A stretch of DNA of 64,000 bases, from the NCBI GenBank assembly GCA_964016885.1, contig OZ024743.1:90148001-90212000 (forward strand), read 5' to 3'. Under the pieces are notes generated by a model. The model saw nothing but the letters and a program-made list of their open reading frames with translations, did not search any database and was not told where the DNA came from. The position numbers and the translations under genes were made by a program. Below, piece by piece: positions 13,895 to 25,402 of the stretch. Numbering within the stretch: position 1 is the first letter of the stretch; every line of letters begins with the position of its first letter. The DNA is from Eledone cirrhosa. Taxonomy: Eukaryota.

Positions 13895-16800
13895 ATGGCT
13901 GTCTTAAGAGTGGGTTGTCTAAATGCGCGTGGCCTGGGCTCACCTTGGAAGCAAGCTAAACTTCTAAGTGACCTCAGGTCACAATGTGTAAATGTGATGG
14001 TTATTTGCGAGGCCCGGATCAGCAGCATGCGACAGCTAACCCCCACCTTTGATGACTTTGAGATGCACGCATCTCTCTGTCAGCCCGGAGGTGGGGGTGG
14101 GGTTGTCGTTCTGCTGCAAAAACATCTGGGTCTCGCTACACGGACGGTACACTTGGACCCGGAGGGTCGACTCGTGGTTCTGGACCTTGGCAATGGTGAA
14201 GGCGAAGCTTTTAGGCTTGTCGCCGTATACGCCCCTTTTGGGGCAATGCGGTCGGACTTCTTCCATCGTCTGGAGACTTTTCTAGGGACGTCCCACTCCT
14301 TGCTTTTAGTGGGGGACTGGAATGGTATCCTAGATGCACGTTGGGACTATGTAGGGGCATGTCCCGATAGAGGGGGGTGTAACAGCCTTAAGGGGTTAAT
14401 CGGCCGATTCGACCTGGCCGATAGATACCGACTAGATTTTCCGACTGTACCAACCTGGACCTGGTCAAATAACAGTGGTCAATCTAGATCGTACCTAGAT
14501 AGGTTCTTAGTTAGAATTAAGGATAGGGACTTTTTAAGTTGTCCAGAAATGCTCATGGTGGGCTATTCAGACCACAAGTTAGTGACCTGCGTAGTCCACC
14601 TTGATAGAACGCATAGGCAGGGGCCCGGTTACTGGAAGCTCAACTTGTCCTTACCGGCAAGTAGAGCTTACAGGGACCAGATTAGAACCTTAGTTAAGGA
14701 GCAGTTGACGGGCGCCATCGTCAACAACAGGTGGTGGGGCTCTCTAAAAAGAGAGATTAGAGTAGTTTCAATAGGAGTTAGTAAGGAGTTAGCCTCAGAT
14801 AGAAATAGGAAGGAAAGGGAGTTGGTAGTTAATGTTGAAGAGGCAATGAGAAGCGGCAACGTGGCCAGAGTGCAAGCGTCGAGAACGGTCTTGAACCAGT
14901 TCTTCGACGCGAAACACGAAGGCTGCGTTGTCCGAAGCAAAATACGTGCTCTGGGAAACGAGGGGACCAAAGCTGTTAGCTGGGCCCGCGTGACAGAAGC
15001 GAAAAGTGGGATTAAATCCACTATCCGGTCTTTGCGAGACCAGGATGGACGGCTGATCCTTGAACCTAAGCAAATGTGCGAGGCCTTTCAAAGGCACTTT
15101 GCCCAATTGTTCGGGAGGGGCGGGGAGCCGGTTGGAGATGTGGATTTCGGTCCATACCTCGACGGCCTGCCGCGTCTTTCAGACGGGGAGGCAAGGTCCT
15201 GCGACGGGCCGATCTCAGCTGCTGAAATAGGGGACGTGCTGAGCCTATGCGGCAAACGCAAATCTCCAGGACTCGATGGTCTGCCCTAAGAAACTATATA
15301 TTAATATGCCGGACTTGTTCCCCGATCTCCTCGAGGCGGTCTACTGCAACTGGCAACAGAACGGGAGAATTCCCTGTTCTGTGACCAAGGGCGTAGTCTC
15401 GCTAGTGAGGAAGGACGAGAACAAGGGGGATGACATTAGTAATTTTAGGCCCATAACTCTGCTAAATGCAGAGTTAAAGATTTTGGCGAAGGTGTTAGCG
15501 AAGAGGTTGGCGCTTGTCGTGGGGGGCCTGGTGGGAGATGCGCAGACATGCGCTATCCCGTCCAGGTCCATCCACGACAACCTCCACCTCATGCGATACA
15601 TCATAGAGAGGGTTGGGAACGAACCCGGCTTTGCTGGGGCCCTGATAAATTTAGATCAGTCTAAAGCGTTCGATAGGGTGGACCATGGTTACCTGGATGC
15701 GGTGCTAGCGGCGGCTGGGTTCGGACCCGTTTTCAGGGGCTGGATCACTGCCATGCACAGCAGCCGCATCTGCTCTAGAATCAAGGTGAACGGCTACCTT
15801 TCGGAGCCGTTCGAAATCACCCGCTCCATCCGACAGGGGTGCCCTCTCTCCTCCCTTCTGTATGTGTTGACTCTCGAGCCATTACTGCGGAAGTTGGAGT
15901 TGTTGCAGGGCATTCCTTTGGAACCGGGATTGCGCAAAGCGGTGTCGGCCTACGCCGATGACGTAACAGTAATGGTGTCGACCGCCTCGGAAATCGAGGC
16001 AATCGGCACCTTACTAGAGGAGTACGAAAGGTTGACAGGGGCTAAGCTGAACCGGGACAAGTCAGTCGCTTTGCAACTCGGCGAGTGGAGGGGCAAAGCG
16101 ATGTCGTGAGACGGTATCGTCGGACGGTGGACGGAGGGCCCGGTGAAGTTGCTTGGGGTCTGGTTCGGACCGGACCTCCAGGTGGAGAAAAACTGGGGTG
16201 AGGTGACGAATAGGGTGTTTGCACTGACCCAGAAGTGGGCCGAGTGCAAACTATCCCTAAAAGGTCGGGCGGAGGTGGCGAACGCTTACGTAGCGTCCGT
16301 CATCTATTACCGCTTGACTGTCGTGCCTTGCCCGGGTGAGATCCTCGCCAAAATGGAGCGCGCCCTCTTTTATTTCCTTTGGAAGAAGAGGTCTCCTCTA
16401 GTGAGGAGATCCATCTGCTGTCAACACCCTTTGAAAGGAGGGCTGGGGATGCCGTGGCTAAAAATGCGTAAACACGCATTGAGGCTAAGGCACCTCCACG
16501 TATTCCTCACCGGTCAACCGGTGTGGGCCCCGTTTGTGAGGCGAGCCTTCCCGAGGCTCGTCTCGCTCACCGAGCTGCAGTCCTGGGTGAAGCAAAGACC
16601 GAAAAAACTGGGCGACTGGCACACCGAGTGTGCCCAGGCGCTCACGGCTCTCTGGCAGGCGGACCCGGCTATCGACGGAAACTCCACCTCGTCATTCTAT
16701 AGAGGGCTGGTGGTTAGCGGGTGCGACGACGCCCTCGGAGAAGCACTAGGCATGGAGGAGTTCGAACTGGCCAGTCTATTCGGTAGGACTTTCGGCCCGG

Positions 16801-17333
16801 GACCTATGGACAACTTCCAGAAGTCCTTGGCCTGGCAGTGCTACCGAGGGGCTCTGCCCGTTCGGGATAAGCTCTACAGACACGGGCGCCCGGGTAGGGA
16901 CCCCTCGAAAAAGATCTGTCCCAGATGCGTGCGCGACGAGGAAACCGTCGCGCACGCATTGGTGCACTGCCCGGGCGTTGCCGATCTGTGGGGCTATGTT
17001 GAACAACTGCTGTCACGGGTGGGACCAATTAGGTTGACCACCGAGTCCATTGTAACGATCAAGCCGCCTCCCCCCTTCAGAAATGAAGGAGAGGCGGTAT
17101 TCCTCTGTGTAATAGCCATGGTAAAAGAGGCTATATGGTGGACGCGTCTGAAAGGGCTGAGGTCGGACACCTTTCTCTCCGGCCAACAACTGGTCCTTTT
17201 CTTCCGATACCATTTCGGAAGAAGGATCAGGATGGAGAGAGAGGTGCTCCACTCCAGCAAGTTTTATGAAAGGTGGGTGAAAGTTGCGAGAATGGCCCGT
17301 GTGAATGGGCCTTCTCTCTACCTCAGCCTGTAG
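13895..17333 (+). pseudogene. Tx1-like ORF2 (APE endonuclease-RT-zinc finger) broken by stop + frameshift near 15288 and TGA at 16107-16109
   Basis: Versus copy 2: CCCTAAGAAACT vs CCCTACGAACT, and TGA vs TGC; motifs LNARG, GDWN, SDH, QGCPLS, YADD present. Confidence 0.92.
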
Positions 17334-17557
17334 GTGGAACAGAAAGAGGGGAGCACCCTCTCTTTGTGCTCCCGTGGAGAAGGGTCGCACACTTTTTTTC
17401 GGGGGTGTGTGTGACCCCAAAACGATCCCTCCCTATTGAGGACCTTCTTGTTATTATTTTGTTTGTTATATTTTTCTTACTCGATTTTTATGTAAACTCC
17501 CCCCACCCATGTACATGTCCCTTTCTTTTGTGCCCTAGTGGCAAATAAACAGAAATT

Positions 17558-18898
17558 AGTCTGTCCATCTGTCCGTCTGTCCATCTGTCCGTCTGTCTGT
17601 CTATCAGTCTGTCTGTCTCTCAGTCTGTCTGTCTGTCCCTCTGTCCGTCTGTCTGTCTATCAGTCTGTCCATCTGTCAGTCTGTCCATCTGTCAGTCTCT
17701 CTGTCTCTCTGTCTCTCTGTCTCTCAATCTCTCAGTCTCTCTGTCTCTCAATCTCTCCGTCTTTCTGTCTCTCTGTCTCTCAATCTCTCAGTCTCTCAGT
17801 CTCTCAGTCTCTCAATCTCTCAGTTTCTCAGTCTCTCAGTCTCTCAGTCTCTCAGTCTGTCCATCTGTCAGTCTCTCAGTCTCTCCGTCTCTCAGTCTCT
17901 CAGTCTCTATGTCTCTCAATCTCTCAGTCTGTCAGCCTGTCCATCTGTCAGTCTCTCTGTCTCTCAGTCTCTCAGTCTCTCTGTCTCTCTGTCTCTCTGT
18001 CTCTCAATCTCTCAGTCTCTCAGTCTCTCACTCTCTCTGTCTCTCTGTCTCTCAATCTCTCAGTCTCTCAGTCTCTCAGTCTGTCAGTCTGTCCATCTGT
18101 CAGTCTCTCAGTCTCTCCGTCTCTCAGTCTCTCTGTCTCTCTGTCTCTCTGTCTCTCAATCTTTCAGTCTGTCAGTCTGTCCATCTGTCAGTCTCTCTGT
18201 CTCTCTGTCTCTCTGTCTCTCTGTCTCTCAATCTCTCAGTCTCTCTGTCTCTCAATCTCTCCGTCTCTCTGTCTCTCTGTCTCTCAATCTCTCAGTCTCT
18301 CAGTCTCTCAGTCTCTCAATCTCTCTGTCTCTCAGTCTCTCTGTCTCTGTCTCTCTGTCCCTCTGTCCCTCTGTCTCTCGGTCTCTCAATCTCTCAGTCT
18401 CTCAGTCTCTCAGTCTCTCAGTTTCTCAGTCTCTCAGTCTCTCAGTCTCTCTGTCTCTCAATCTCTCAGTCTGTCCATCTGTCTGTCTCTCTGTCTCTCT
18501 GTCTCTCAGTCTCTCAGTCTCTCTGTCTCTGTCTCTCTGTCCCTCTGTCCCTCTGTCTCTCGGTCTCTCAGTCTCTCAGTCTCTCTGTCTCTCAGTCTCT
18601 CAGTCTCTCAGTCTCTCAGTCTCTCAGTCTCTCAGTCTGTCTGTCTGTCTGTCCGTCTGTCCATCTGTCCGTCTGTCTGTATATCAGTCTGTCTGTCTCT
18701 CAGTCTCTCAGTCTCTCAGTCTGTCCATCTGTCAGTCTCTCTGTCTCTCAGTCTGTCCGTCTGTCTGTCTATCAGTCTGTCTCTCTGTCAGTCTGTCCAT
18801 CTGTCCGTCTGTCCATCTGTCCGTCTGTCTGTCTATAAGTCTGTCTGTCTCTCAGTCTGTCCGTCTGTCCATCTGTCCGTCTGTCTGTCTGTCTGTCT
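17558..18898. repeat. TCTG/TCTCTCAG microsatellite spacer between the two Tx1 copies
   Basis: Same units and the same rare variants as ~10330-11941. Confidence 0.95.
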
Positions 18899-19073
18899 GA
18901 GGATAGTAGACGTGTGTCATATCGCTCTGTGATTTGGATTTTTACCTGCTATTTTTGTGAGTGGAATTTTTTGAATTCTTTTGTATAATTAACTGTAACC
19001 CCTAGTCTGGGACTCTAGACGTCGGGTAAATATATTTTCACCCCTTTTGGGGTGAAAAATAAATATTTCAGAA

Positions 19074-20834
19074 ATGTTTATCGATATCGTTGATAACGAT
19101 ATCGTCGAAAACGATATCGCCATATTGGAAGCGAACGCCACGCCGACCAAAAAAACAAGCGGGAAAGAGGGAACAACAGTTCAAACTGTTGAACAACCCC
19201 TCCTCTCCAATGAAAAAAAGAATTTCAATTCAAATGAAAAAATTAATTTTCAAGAGAAAAATAACACCACAAATAAGGAAACCAACAACATTACAACAAC
19301 AAACAAAGACAAAATTTCTTTTGCCCAAACACTCAGGAGAGCCACGGAATACAAAGCCATTGACATCACGAACGCCAAGGAAAATTTGCTAGAGGCTAGA
19401 AAATACGTATCTTTTGGGGAGGATGGTTCTTTTACGATCAACTCCCCAGAAGAAGTGCGTGAACAGATTTACAAGAATACCGTAAGCTACAGAGCCATAA
19501 CCAACGAAACGAGAAAGCCAGCGCAATTGACCGAAAGTCAAATCGAGCTGGTTCTGAAAGAAATTAAAAATGACATACTCTTTATTCAAAGAGGAAAGCT
19601 GTATGCCAGCATTATGGTCCGAATGAAGGACGAAATGCTGGCTCAGAAATATTCGGTGGCACCTATAGTGTCACCACAATACACCTTCTTCCCCACATAT
19701 AAAGGAAGAAGAACACAAAGGATAAGAATGTGGAGCCCTACGCCAGAAATTAACATCTGGTCCGTCCTAACAGGATTTACCGACCTAGATAAGGACATAC
19801 TAATTTCAGCAGGGGAGTCTACCAGTGGACTGTTCGGGGGGAAAAGTCTGGAGGTTCTCTTACAGATGACACCTGAGAGAATCTCCGGAATACCCGACCG
19901 AGTGCTACTGGATGGGCGAACCTACATAAATATCACAGTGGAAGGCAGGAGACCCTCATGTTACCACTGCGCTGGCAGAGGTCACCTGAGGACGGCCTGC
20001 CCTCTACTAACAACTAAAAAACCACTGCTACAAACACCACAACAACAACAAAAACAACCAGCACCACCATCACAAAAACAACAAAATACACTACCATCTC
20101 CACCAGAACAACAAAAACCAACAACACCACCACCACCACAACAACAACAACAACAACAACATCAACAACAGCTCAAGAAAACAACCCAAAACACGGTCCC
20201 ACCCAGCCCCACCCCACAGAACACAAATACAAAAACAGTTCATACACAACCCGGAGATATACCCCTCCCCTCCAATACGGAAGAGGAGCTCATATCGTCG
20301 GAAGACGAGGGGGCTCCCTTCCAAAAAGTGAAAAGAAAAAAACGTACACACACCACAACAACAAAAATAACCCCACCTGACAACACAACACAGACAATAA
20401 AACGCAAACTCACTCAACAACAACAAGCAAAAACAAACACAACAACACAAAAACTCTACACATACATAAACAAAAACAATGAAAACCTAACTTTAAAAAT
20501 AGAAACCAACCCTTCGATACAAACCGAAGGGCCGATTTTCGTAACGGCAATGGGGCTCCCTAACCTGAAAATGGTGAAAATCCCACTTGACATTTTTAAA
20601 ACTTTAAAAGACATGTACCCTGAGGACGTGGGCCCACCCTGCACCAGGCCACTCAACCGCGTCCTCCTGAAAGGTTTTCCCCTCCCCTCCTCAAACACCC
20701 ACACAACTCCAAAGATCCCAACCCCTCCACACACCAATACCCCCACACCACCACAAACCACCACCCCACCCATCAACCCCGCCACCAGCCCCATGGGAAC
20801 TGAGCGACCCGAACCCCGGGACGCAGAGAGGTAA
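19074..20834 (+). CDS. Tx1-like ORF1 protein, 586 aa
   Basis: CCHC zinc knuckle; near-identical to 12117-13871. Confidence 0.9.
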   Translation: MFIDIVDNDIVENDIAILEANATPTKKTSGKEGTTVQTVEQPLLSNEKKNFNSNEKINFQEKNNTTNKETNNITTTNKDKISFAQTLRRATEYKAIDITNAKENLLEARKYVSFGEDGSFTINSPEEVREQIYKNTVSYRAITNETRKPAQLTESQIELVLKEIKNDILFIQRGKLYASIMVRMKDEMLAQKYSVAPIVSPQYTFFPTYKGRRTQRIRMWSPTPEINIWSVLTGFTDLDKDILISAGESTSGLFGGKSLEVLLQMTPERISGIPDRVLLDGRTYINITVEGRRPSCYHCAGRGHLRTACPLLTTKKPLLQTPQQQQKQPAPPSQKQQNTLPSPPEQQKPTTPPPPQQQQQQQHQQQLKKTTQNTVPPSPTPQNTNTKTVHTQPGDIPLPSNTEEELISSEDEGAPFQKVKRKKRTHTTTTKITPPDNTTQTIKRKLTQQQQAKTNTTTQKLYTYINKNNENLTLKIETNPSIQTEGPIFVTAMGLPNLKMVKIPLDIFKTLKDMYPEDVGPPCTRPLNRVLLKGFPLPSSNTHTTPKIPTPPHTNTPTPPQTTTPPINPATSPMGTERPEPRDAER

Positions 20835-20857
20835 GTGCCTCTTTCTTTGCCACCAAC

Positions 20858-23800
20858 ATGGCTGTCTTAAGAGTGGGTTGTCTAAATGCGCGTGGCCTGG
20901 GCTCACCTTGGAAGCAAGCTAAACTTCTAAGTGACCTCAGGTCACAATGTGTAAATGTGATGGTTATTTGCGAGGCCCGGATCAGCAGCATGCGACAGCT
21001 AACCCCCACCTTTGATGACTTTGAGATGCACGCATCTCTCTGTCAGCCCGGAGGTGGGGGTGGGGTTGTCGTTCTGCTGCAAAAACATCTGGGTCTCGCT
21101 ACACAGACGGTACACTTGGACCCGGAGGGTCGACTCGTGGTTCTGGACCTTGGCAATGGCGAAGGCGAAGCTTTTAGGCTTGTCGCCGTATACGCCCCTT
21201 TTGGGGCAATGCGGTCGGACTTCTTCCATCGTCTGGAGACTTTTCTAGGGACGTCCCGCTCCTTGCTTTTAGTGGGGGACTGGAATGGTATCCTAGATGC
21301 ACGTTGGGACTATGTAGGGGCATGTCCCGATAGAGGGGGGTGTAACAGCCTTAAGGGGTTAATCGGCCGATTCGACCTGGCCGATAGATACCGACTAGAT
21401 TTTCCGACTGTACCAACCTGGACCTGGTCAAATAACAGTGGTCAATCTAGATCGTACCTAGATAGGTTCTTAGTTAGAATTAAGGATAGGGACTTTTTAA
21501 GTTGTCCAGAAATGCTCATGGTGGGCTATTCAGACCACAAGTTAGTGACCTGCGTAGTCCACCTTGATAGAACGCATAGGCAGGGGCCCGGTTACTGGAA
21601 GCTCAACTTGTCCTTACCGGCAAGTAGAGCTTACAGGGACCGGATTAGAACCTTAGTTAAGGAGCAGTTGACGGGCGCCATCGTCAACAACAGGTGGTGG
21701 GGCTCTCTAAAAAGAGAGATTAGAGTAGTTTCAATAGGAGTTAGTAAGGAGTTAGCCTCAGATAGAAATAGGAAGGAAAGGGAGTTGGTAGTTAATGTTG
21801 AAGAGGCAATGAGAAGCGGCAACGTGGCCAGAGTTCAAGCGTCGAGAACGGTCTTGAACCAGTTCTTCGACGCGAAACACGAAGGCTGCGTTGTCCGAAG
21901 CAAAATACGTGCTCTGGGAAACGAGGGGACCAAAGCTGTTAGCTGGGCCCGCGTGACAGAAGCGAAAAGTGGGATTAAATCCACTATCCGGTCTTTGCGA
22001 GACCAGGATGGACGGCTGATCCTTGAACCTAAGCAAATGTGCGAGGCCTTTCAAAGGCACTTTGCCCAATTGTTCGGGAGGGGCGGGGAGCCGGTTGGAG
22101 ATGTGGATTTCGGTCCATACCTCGACGGCCTGCCGCGTCTTTCGGACGGGGAGGCGAGGTCCTGCGACGGGCCGATCTCAGCTGCTGAAATAGGGGACGT
22201 GCTGAGCCTATGCGGCAAACGCAAATCTCCAGGACTCGATGGTCTGCCCTACGAACTATATATTAATATGCCGGACTTGTTCCCCGATCTCCTCGAGGCG
22301 GTCTACTGCAACTGGCAACAGAACGGGAGAATTCCCTGTTCTGTGACCAAGGGCGTAGTCTCGCTAGTGAGGAAGGACGAGAACAAGGGGGATGACATTA
22401 GTAATTTTAGGCCCATAACTCTGCTAAATGCAGAGTTAAAGATTTTGGCGAAGGTGTTAGCGAAGAGGTTGGCGCTTGTCGTGGGGGGCCTGGTGGGAGA
22501 TGCGCAGACATGCGCTATCCCGTCCAGGTCCATCCACGACAACCTCCACCTCATGCGATACATCATAGAGAGGGTTGGGAACGAACCCGGCTTTGCTGGG
22601 GCCCTGATAAATTTAGATCAGTCTAAAGCGTTCGATAGGGTGGACCATGGTTACCTGGATGCGGTGCTAGCGGCGGCTGGGTTCGGACCCGTTTTCAGGG
22701 GCTGGATCACTGCCATGCACAGCAGCCGCATCTGCTCTAGAATCAAGGTGAACGGCTACCTTTCGGAGCCGTTCGAAATCACCCGCTCCATCCGACAGGG
22801 GTGCCCTCTCTCCTCCCTTCTGTATGTATTGACTCTCGAGCCATTACTGCGGAAGTTGGAGTTGTTGCAGGGCATTCCTTTGGAACCGGGATTGCGCAAA
22901 GCGGTGTCGGCCTACGCCGATGACGTAACAGTAATGGTGTCGACCGCCTCGGAAATCGAGGCAATCGGCACCTTACTAGAGGAGTACGAAAGGTTGACAG
23001 GGGCTAAGCTGAACCGGGACAAGTCAGTCGCTTTGCAACTCGGCGAGTGGAGGGGCAAAGCGATGTCGTGCGACGGTATCGTCGGACGGTGGACGGAGGG
23101 CCCGGTGAAGTTGCTTGGGGTCTGGTTCGGACCGGACCTCCAGGTGGAGAAAAACTGGGGTGAGGTGACGAATAGGGTGTTTGCACTGACCCAGAAGTGG
23201 GCCGAGTGCAAACTATCCCTAAAAGGTCGGGCGGAGGTGGCGAACGCTTACATAGCGTCCGTCATCTATTACCGCTTGACTGTCGTGCCTTGCCCGGGTG
23301 AGATCCTCGCCAAAATGGAGCGCGCCCTCTTTTATTTCCTTTGGAAGAAGAGGTCTCCTCTAGTGAGGAGATCCATCTGCTGTCAACACCCTTTGAAAGG
23401 AGGGCTGGGGATGCCGTGGCTAAAAATGCGTAAACACGCATTGAGGCTAAGGCACCTCCACGTATTCCTCACCGGTCAACCGGTGTGGGCCCCGTTTGTG
23501 AGGCGAGCCTTCCCGAGGCTCGTCTCGCTCACCGAGCTGCAGTCCTGGGTGAAGCAAAGACCGAGAAAACTGGGCGACTGGCACACCGAGTGTGCCCAGG
23601 CGCTCACGGCTCTCTGGCAGGCGAACCCGGCTATCGACGGAGACTCCACCTCGTCATTCTATAGAGGGCTGGTGGTTAGCGGGTGCGACGACGCCCTCGG
23701 AGAAGCCCTAGGCATGGAGGAGGACGAACTGGCCAGTCTATTCGGTAGGACTTTCGGCCCGGGACCTATGGACAACTTCCAGAAGTCCTTGGCCTGGCAG

Positions 23801-24295
23801 TGCTACCGAGGGGCTCTGCCCGTTCGGGATAAGCTCTACAGACACGGGCGCCCGGGTAGGGACCCCTCGAAAAAGATCTGTCCCAGATGCGTGCGCGACG
23901 AGGAAACCGTCGCGCACGCATTGGTGCACTGCCCGGGCGTTGCCGATCTGTGGGGCTATGTTGAACAACTGCTGTCACGGGTGGGACCAATTAGGTTGAC
24001 CACCGAGTCCATTGTAACGATCAAGCCGCCTCCCCCCTTCAAAAATGAAGGAGAGGCGGTCTTCCTCTGTGTAATAGCCATGGTAAAAGAGGCTATATGG
24101 TGGACGCGTCTGAAAGGGCTGAGGTCGGACACCTTTCTCTCCGGCCAACAACTGGTCCTTTTCTTCCGATACCATTTCGGAAGAAGGATCAGGATGGAGA
24201 GAGAGGTGCTCCACTCCAGCCAGTTTTATGAAAGGTGGGTGAAAGTTGCGAGAATGGCCCGTGTGAATGGGCCTTCTCTCTACCTCAGCCTGTAG
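20858..24295 (+). CDS. Tx1-like ORF2: APE endonuclease + reverse transcriptase + C-terminal CCHC finger, 1145 aa
   Basis: LNARG, VYAP, GDWN, YLDRF, SDHK (APE); GPGYWKLN; KSPGLDGLP, FRPITLLN, LDQSKAFDRV, QGCPLS, YADD (RT); CPRC...HALVHC. Confidence 0.96.
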   Translation: MAVLRVGCLNARGLGSPWKQAKLLSDLRSQCVNVMVICEARISSMRQLTPTFDDFEMHASLCQPGGGGGVVVLLQKHLGLATQTVHLDPEGRLVVLDLGNGEGEAFRLVAVYAPFGAMRSDFFHRLETFLGTSRSLLLVGDWNGILDARWDYVGACPDRGGCNSLKGLIGRFDLADRYRLDFPTVPTWTWSNNSGQSRSYLDRFLVRIKDRDFLSCPEMLMVGYSDHKLVTCVVHLDRTHRQGPGYWKLNLSLPASRAYRDRIRTLVKEQLTGAIVNNRWWGSLKREIRVVSIGVSKELASDRNRKERELVVNVEEAMRSGNVARVQASRTVLNQFFDAKHEGCVVRSKIRALGNEGTKAVSWARVTEAKSGIKSTIRSLRDQDGRLILEPKQMCEAFQRHFAQLFGRGGEPVGDVDFGPYLDGLPRLSDGEARSCDGPISAAEIGDVLSLCGKRKSPGLDGLPYELYINMPDLFPDLLEAVYCNWQQNGRIPCSVTKGVVSLVRKDENKGDDISNFRPITLLNAELKILAKVLAKRLALVVGGLVGDAQTCAIPSRSIHDNLHLMRYIIERVGNEPGFAGALINLDQSKAFDRVDHGYLDAVLAAAGFGPVFRGWITAMHSSRICSRIKVNGYLSEPFEITRSIRQGCPLSSLLYVLTLEPLLRKLELLQGIPLEPGLRKAVSAYADDVTVMVSTASEIEAIGTLLEEYERLTGAKLNRDKSVALQLGEWRGKAMSCDGIVGRWTEGPVKLLGVWFGPDLQVEKNWGEVTNRVFALTQKWAECKLSLKGRAEVANAYIASVIYYRLTVVPCPGEILAKMERALFYFLWKKRSPLVRRSICCQHPLKGGLGMPWLKMRKHALRLRHLHVFLTGQPVWAPFVRRAFPRLVSLTELQSWVKQRPRKLGDWHTECAQALTALWQANPAIDGDSTSSFYRGLVVSGCDDALGEALGMEEDELASLFGRTFGPGPMDNFQKSLAWQCYRGALPVRDKLYRHGRPGRDPSKKICPRCVRDEETVAHALVHCPGVADLWGYVEQLLSRVGPIRLTTESIVTIKPPPPFKNEGEAVFLCVIAMVKEAIWWTRLKGLRSDTFLSGQQLVLFFRYHFGRRIRMEREVLHSSQFYERWVKVARMARVNGPSLYLSL

Positions 24296-24518
24296 GTGGA
24301 ACAGAAAGGAGGGAGCACCCTCTCTTTGTGCTCCCGTGGAGAAGGGTCGCACACTTTTTTCGGGGTTGTGTGTGACCCCAAAACGATCCCTCCCTATTGA
24401 GGATCTTCTTGTTATTATTTTGTTTGTTATATTTTTCTTACTCGATTTTTATGTAAACTCCCCCCACCCATGTACATGTCCCTTTCTTTTGTGCCCTAGT
24501 GGCAAATAAACAGAAATT

Positions 24519-24695
24519 TGTCTATCAGTCTGTCCGTCTCTCAGTCTGTCCGTCTGTCTGTCTCTCAGTCTGTCCGTCTGTCCATCTGTCCATCTGTCTG
24601 TCTATCAGTCTGTCCGTCTCTCAGTCTGTCCGTCTGTCTGTCTATCAGTCTGTCCGTCTCTGTCTGTCCGTCTGTCTGTCTATCAGTCTGTCTGT
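24519..24695. repeat. TCTG/TCCG microsatellite downstream of Tx1 copy 2
   Basis: Direct repeat reading. Confidence 0.9.
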
Positions 24696-25402
24696 ATAGC
24701 AATGTTTGGTGAAGATATCAACAAAAAATGTATCTTTCCTTCCTTAAAAGCTAAGTGAGGAAACCATTTAACATGTTAACATATCACCACTTGTTGCTCC
24801 TGGGCACACAATTTTATCATTGTATGCGTGGGAAACGAAATTCTCTGGGTGACCTTTGACCCCACAAGAAATTAACATTTAGATGTTGTCACAATATAAC
24901 TATTTATACTTCAAATCTCCAATTTCAAGAAAAAAGGGAACGAGGTCGGTCCCTTTTCCCTTGTATTTTTCAGTTAAACTTAAAACTAAAACAAAATCTT
25001 TCCCTAAACTAAAGAAGGGCTTGTTAAGGGATTTTTTGTGGGGTGGGTGAGGGAATTTATCCATAGACGGAAGCAGAATATCTACCATCATCATCATCAT
25101 AGCCATAATTATTATCATCATCATCATCTCATCATGATTGCTACCATAATCATAAGCATCATCATCATCATTACCATCATTGTCACCAGCATCATCAGTA
25201 TCTTCATCACCACCACCACTACCATCATCATCATCATCCACTGCCACACAGCCAGCCCGATCCGCTGGGTCATCCCCACCAACACCACACCTTGCACACT
25301 GCTGATAATAATGATGATGATGATGATGTTTAAAGCTAATATAGACTAATATAAAAAAGACTAGCTGACTTCCCTGGAAATTTCACAGTTTATTTATTAA
25401 AA

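Larger units (their letters stand above)
11942..17557 (+). mobile_element. Tx1/L1-clade non-LTR retrotransposon, copy 1 (full length, ORF2 disrupted)
   Basis: Begins GAGGATAGTAGAC; ORF1 + ORF2; ends AATAAACAGAAATT; near-identical to 18899-24518. Confidence 0.93.
18899..24518 (+). mobile_element. Tx1/L1-clade non-LTR retrotransposon, copy 2 (both ORFs intact, potentially active)
   Basis: Same termini as copy 1; uninterrupted ORF1 and ORF2. Confidence 0.95.

Noticed and set aside
13134-24352. Antisense and alternate-frame ORFs overlapping the Tx1 elements
   Set aside because: Shadow ORFs of ORF1/ORF2; their duplication reflects only the identity of the two copies
24788-24845. Possible ANO exon (NFVSHAYNDKIVCPGATS) on the minus strand
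   Set aside because: Weak acceptor and donor, no recognisable anoctamin motif
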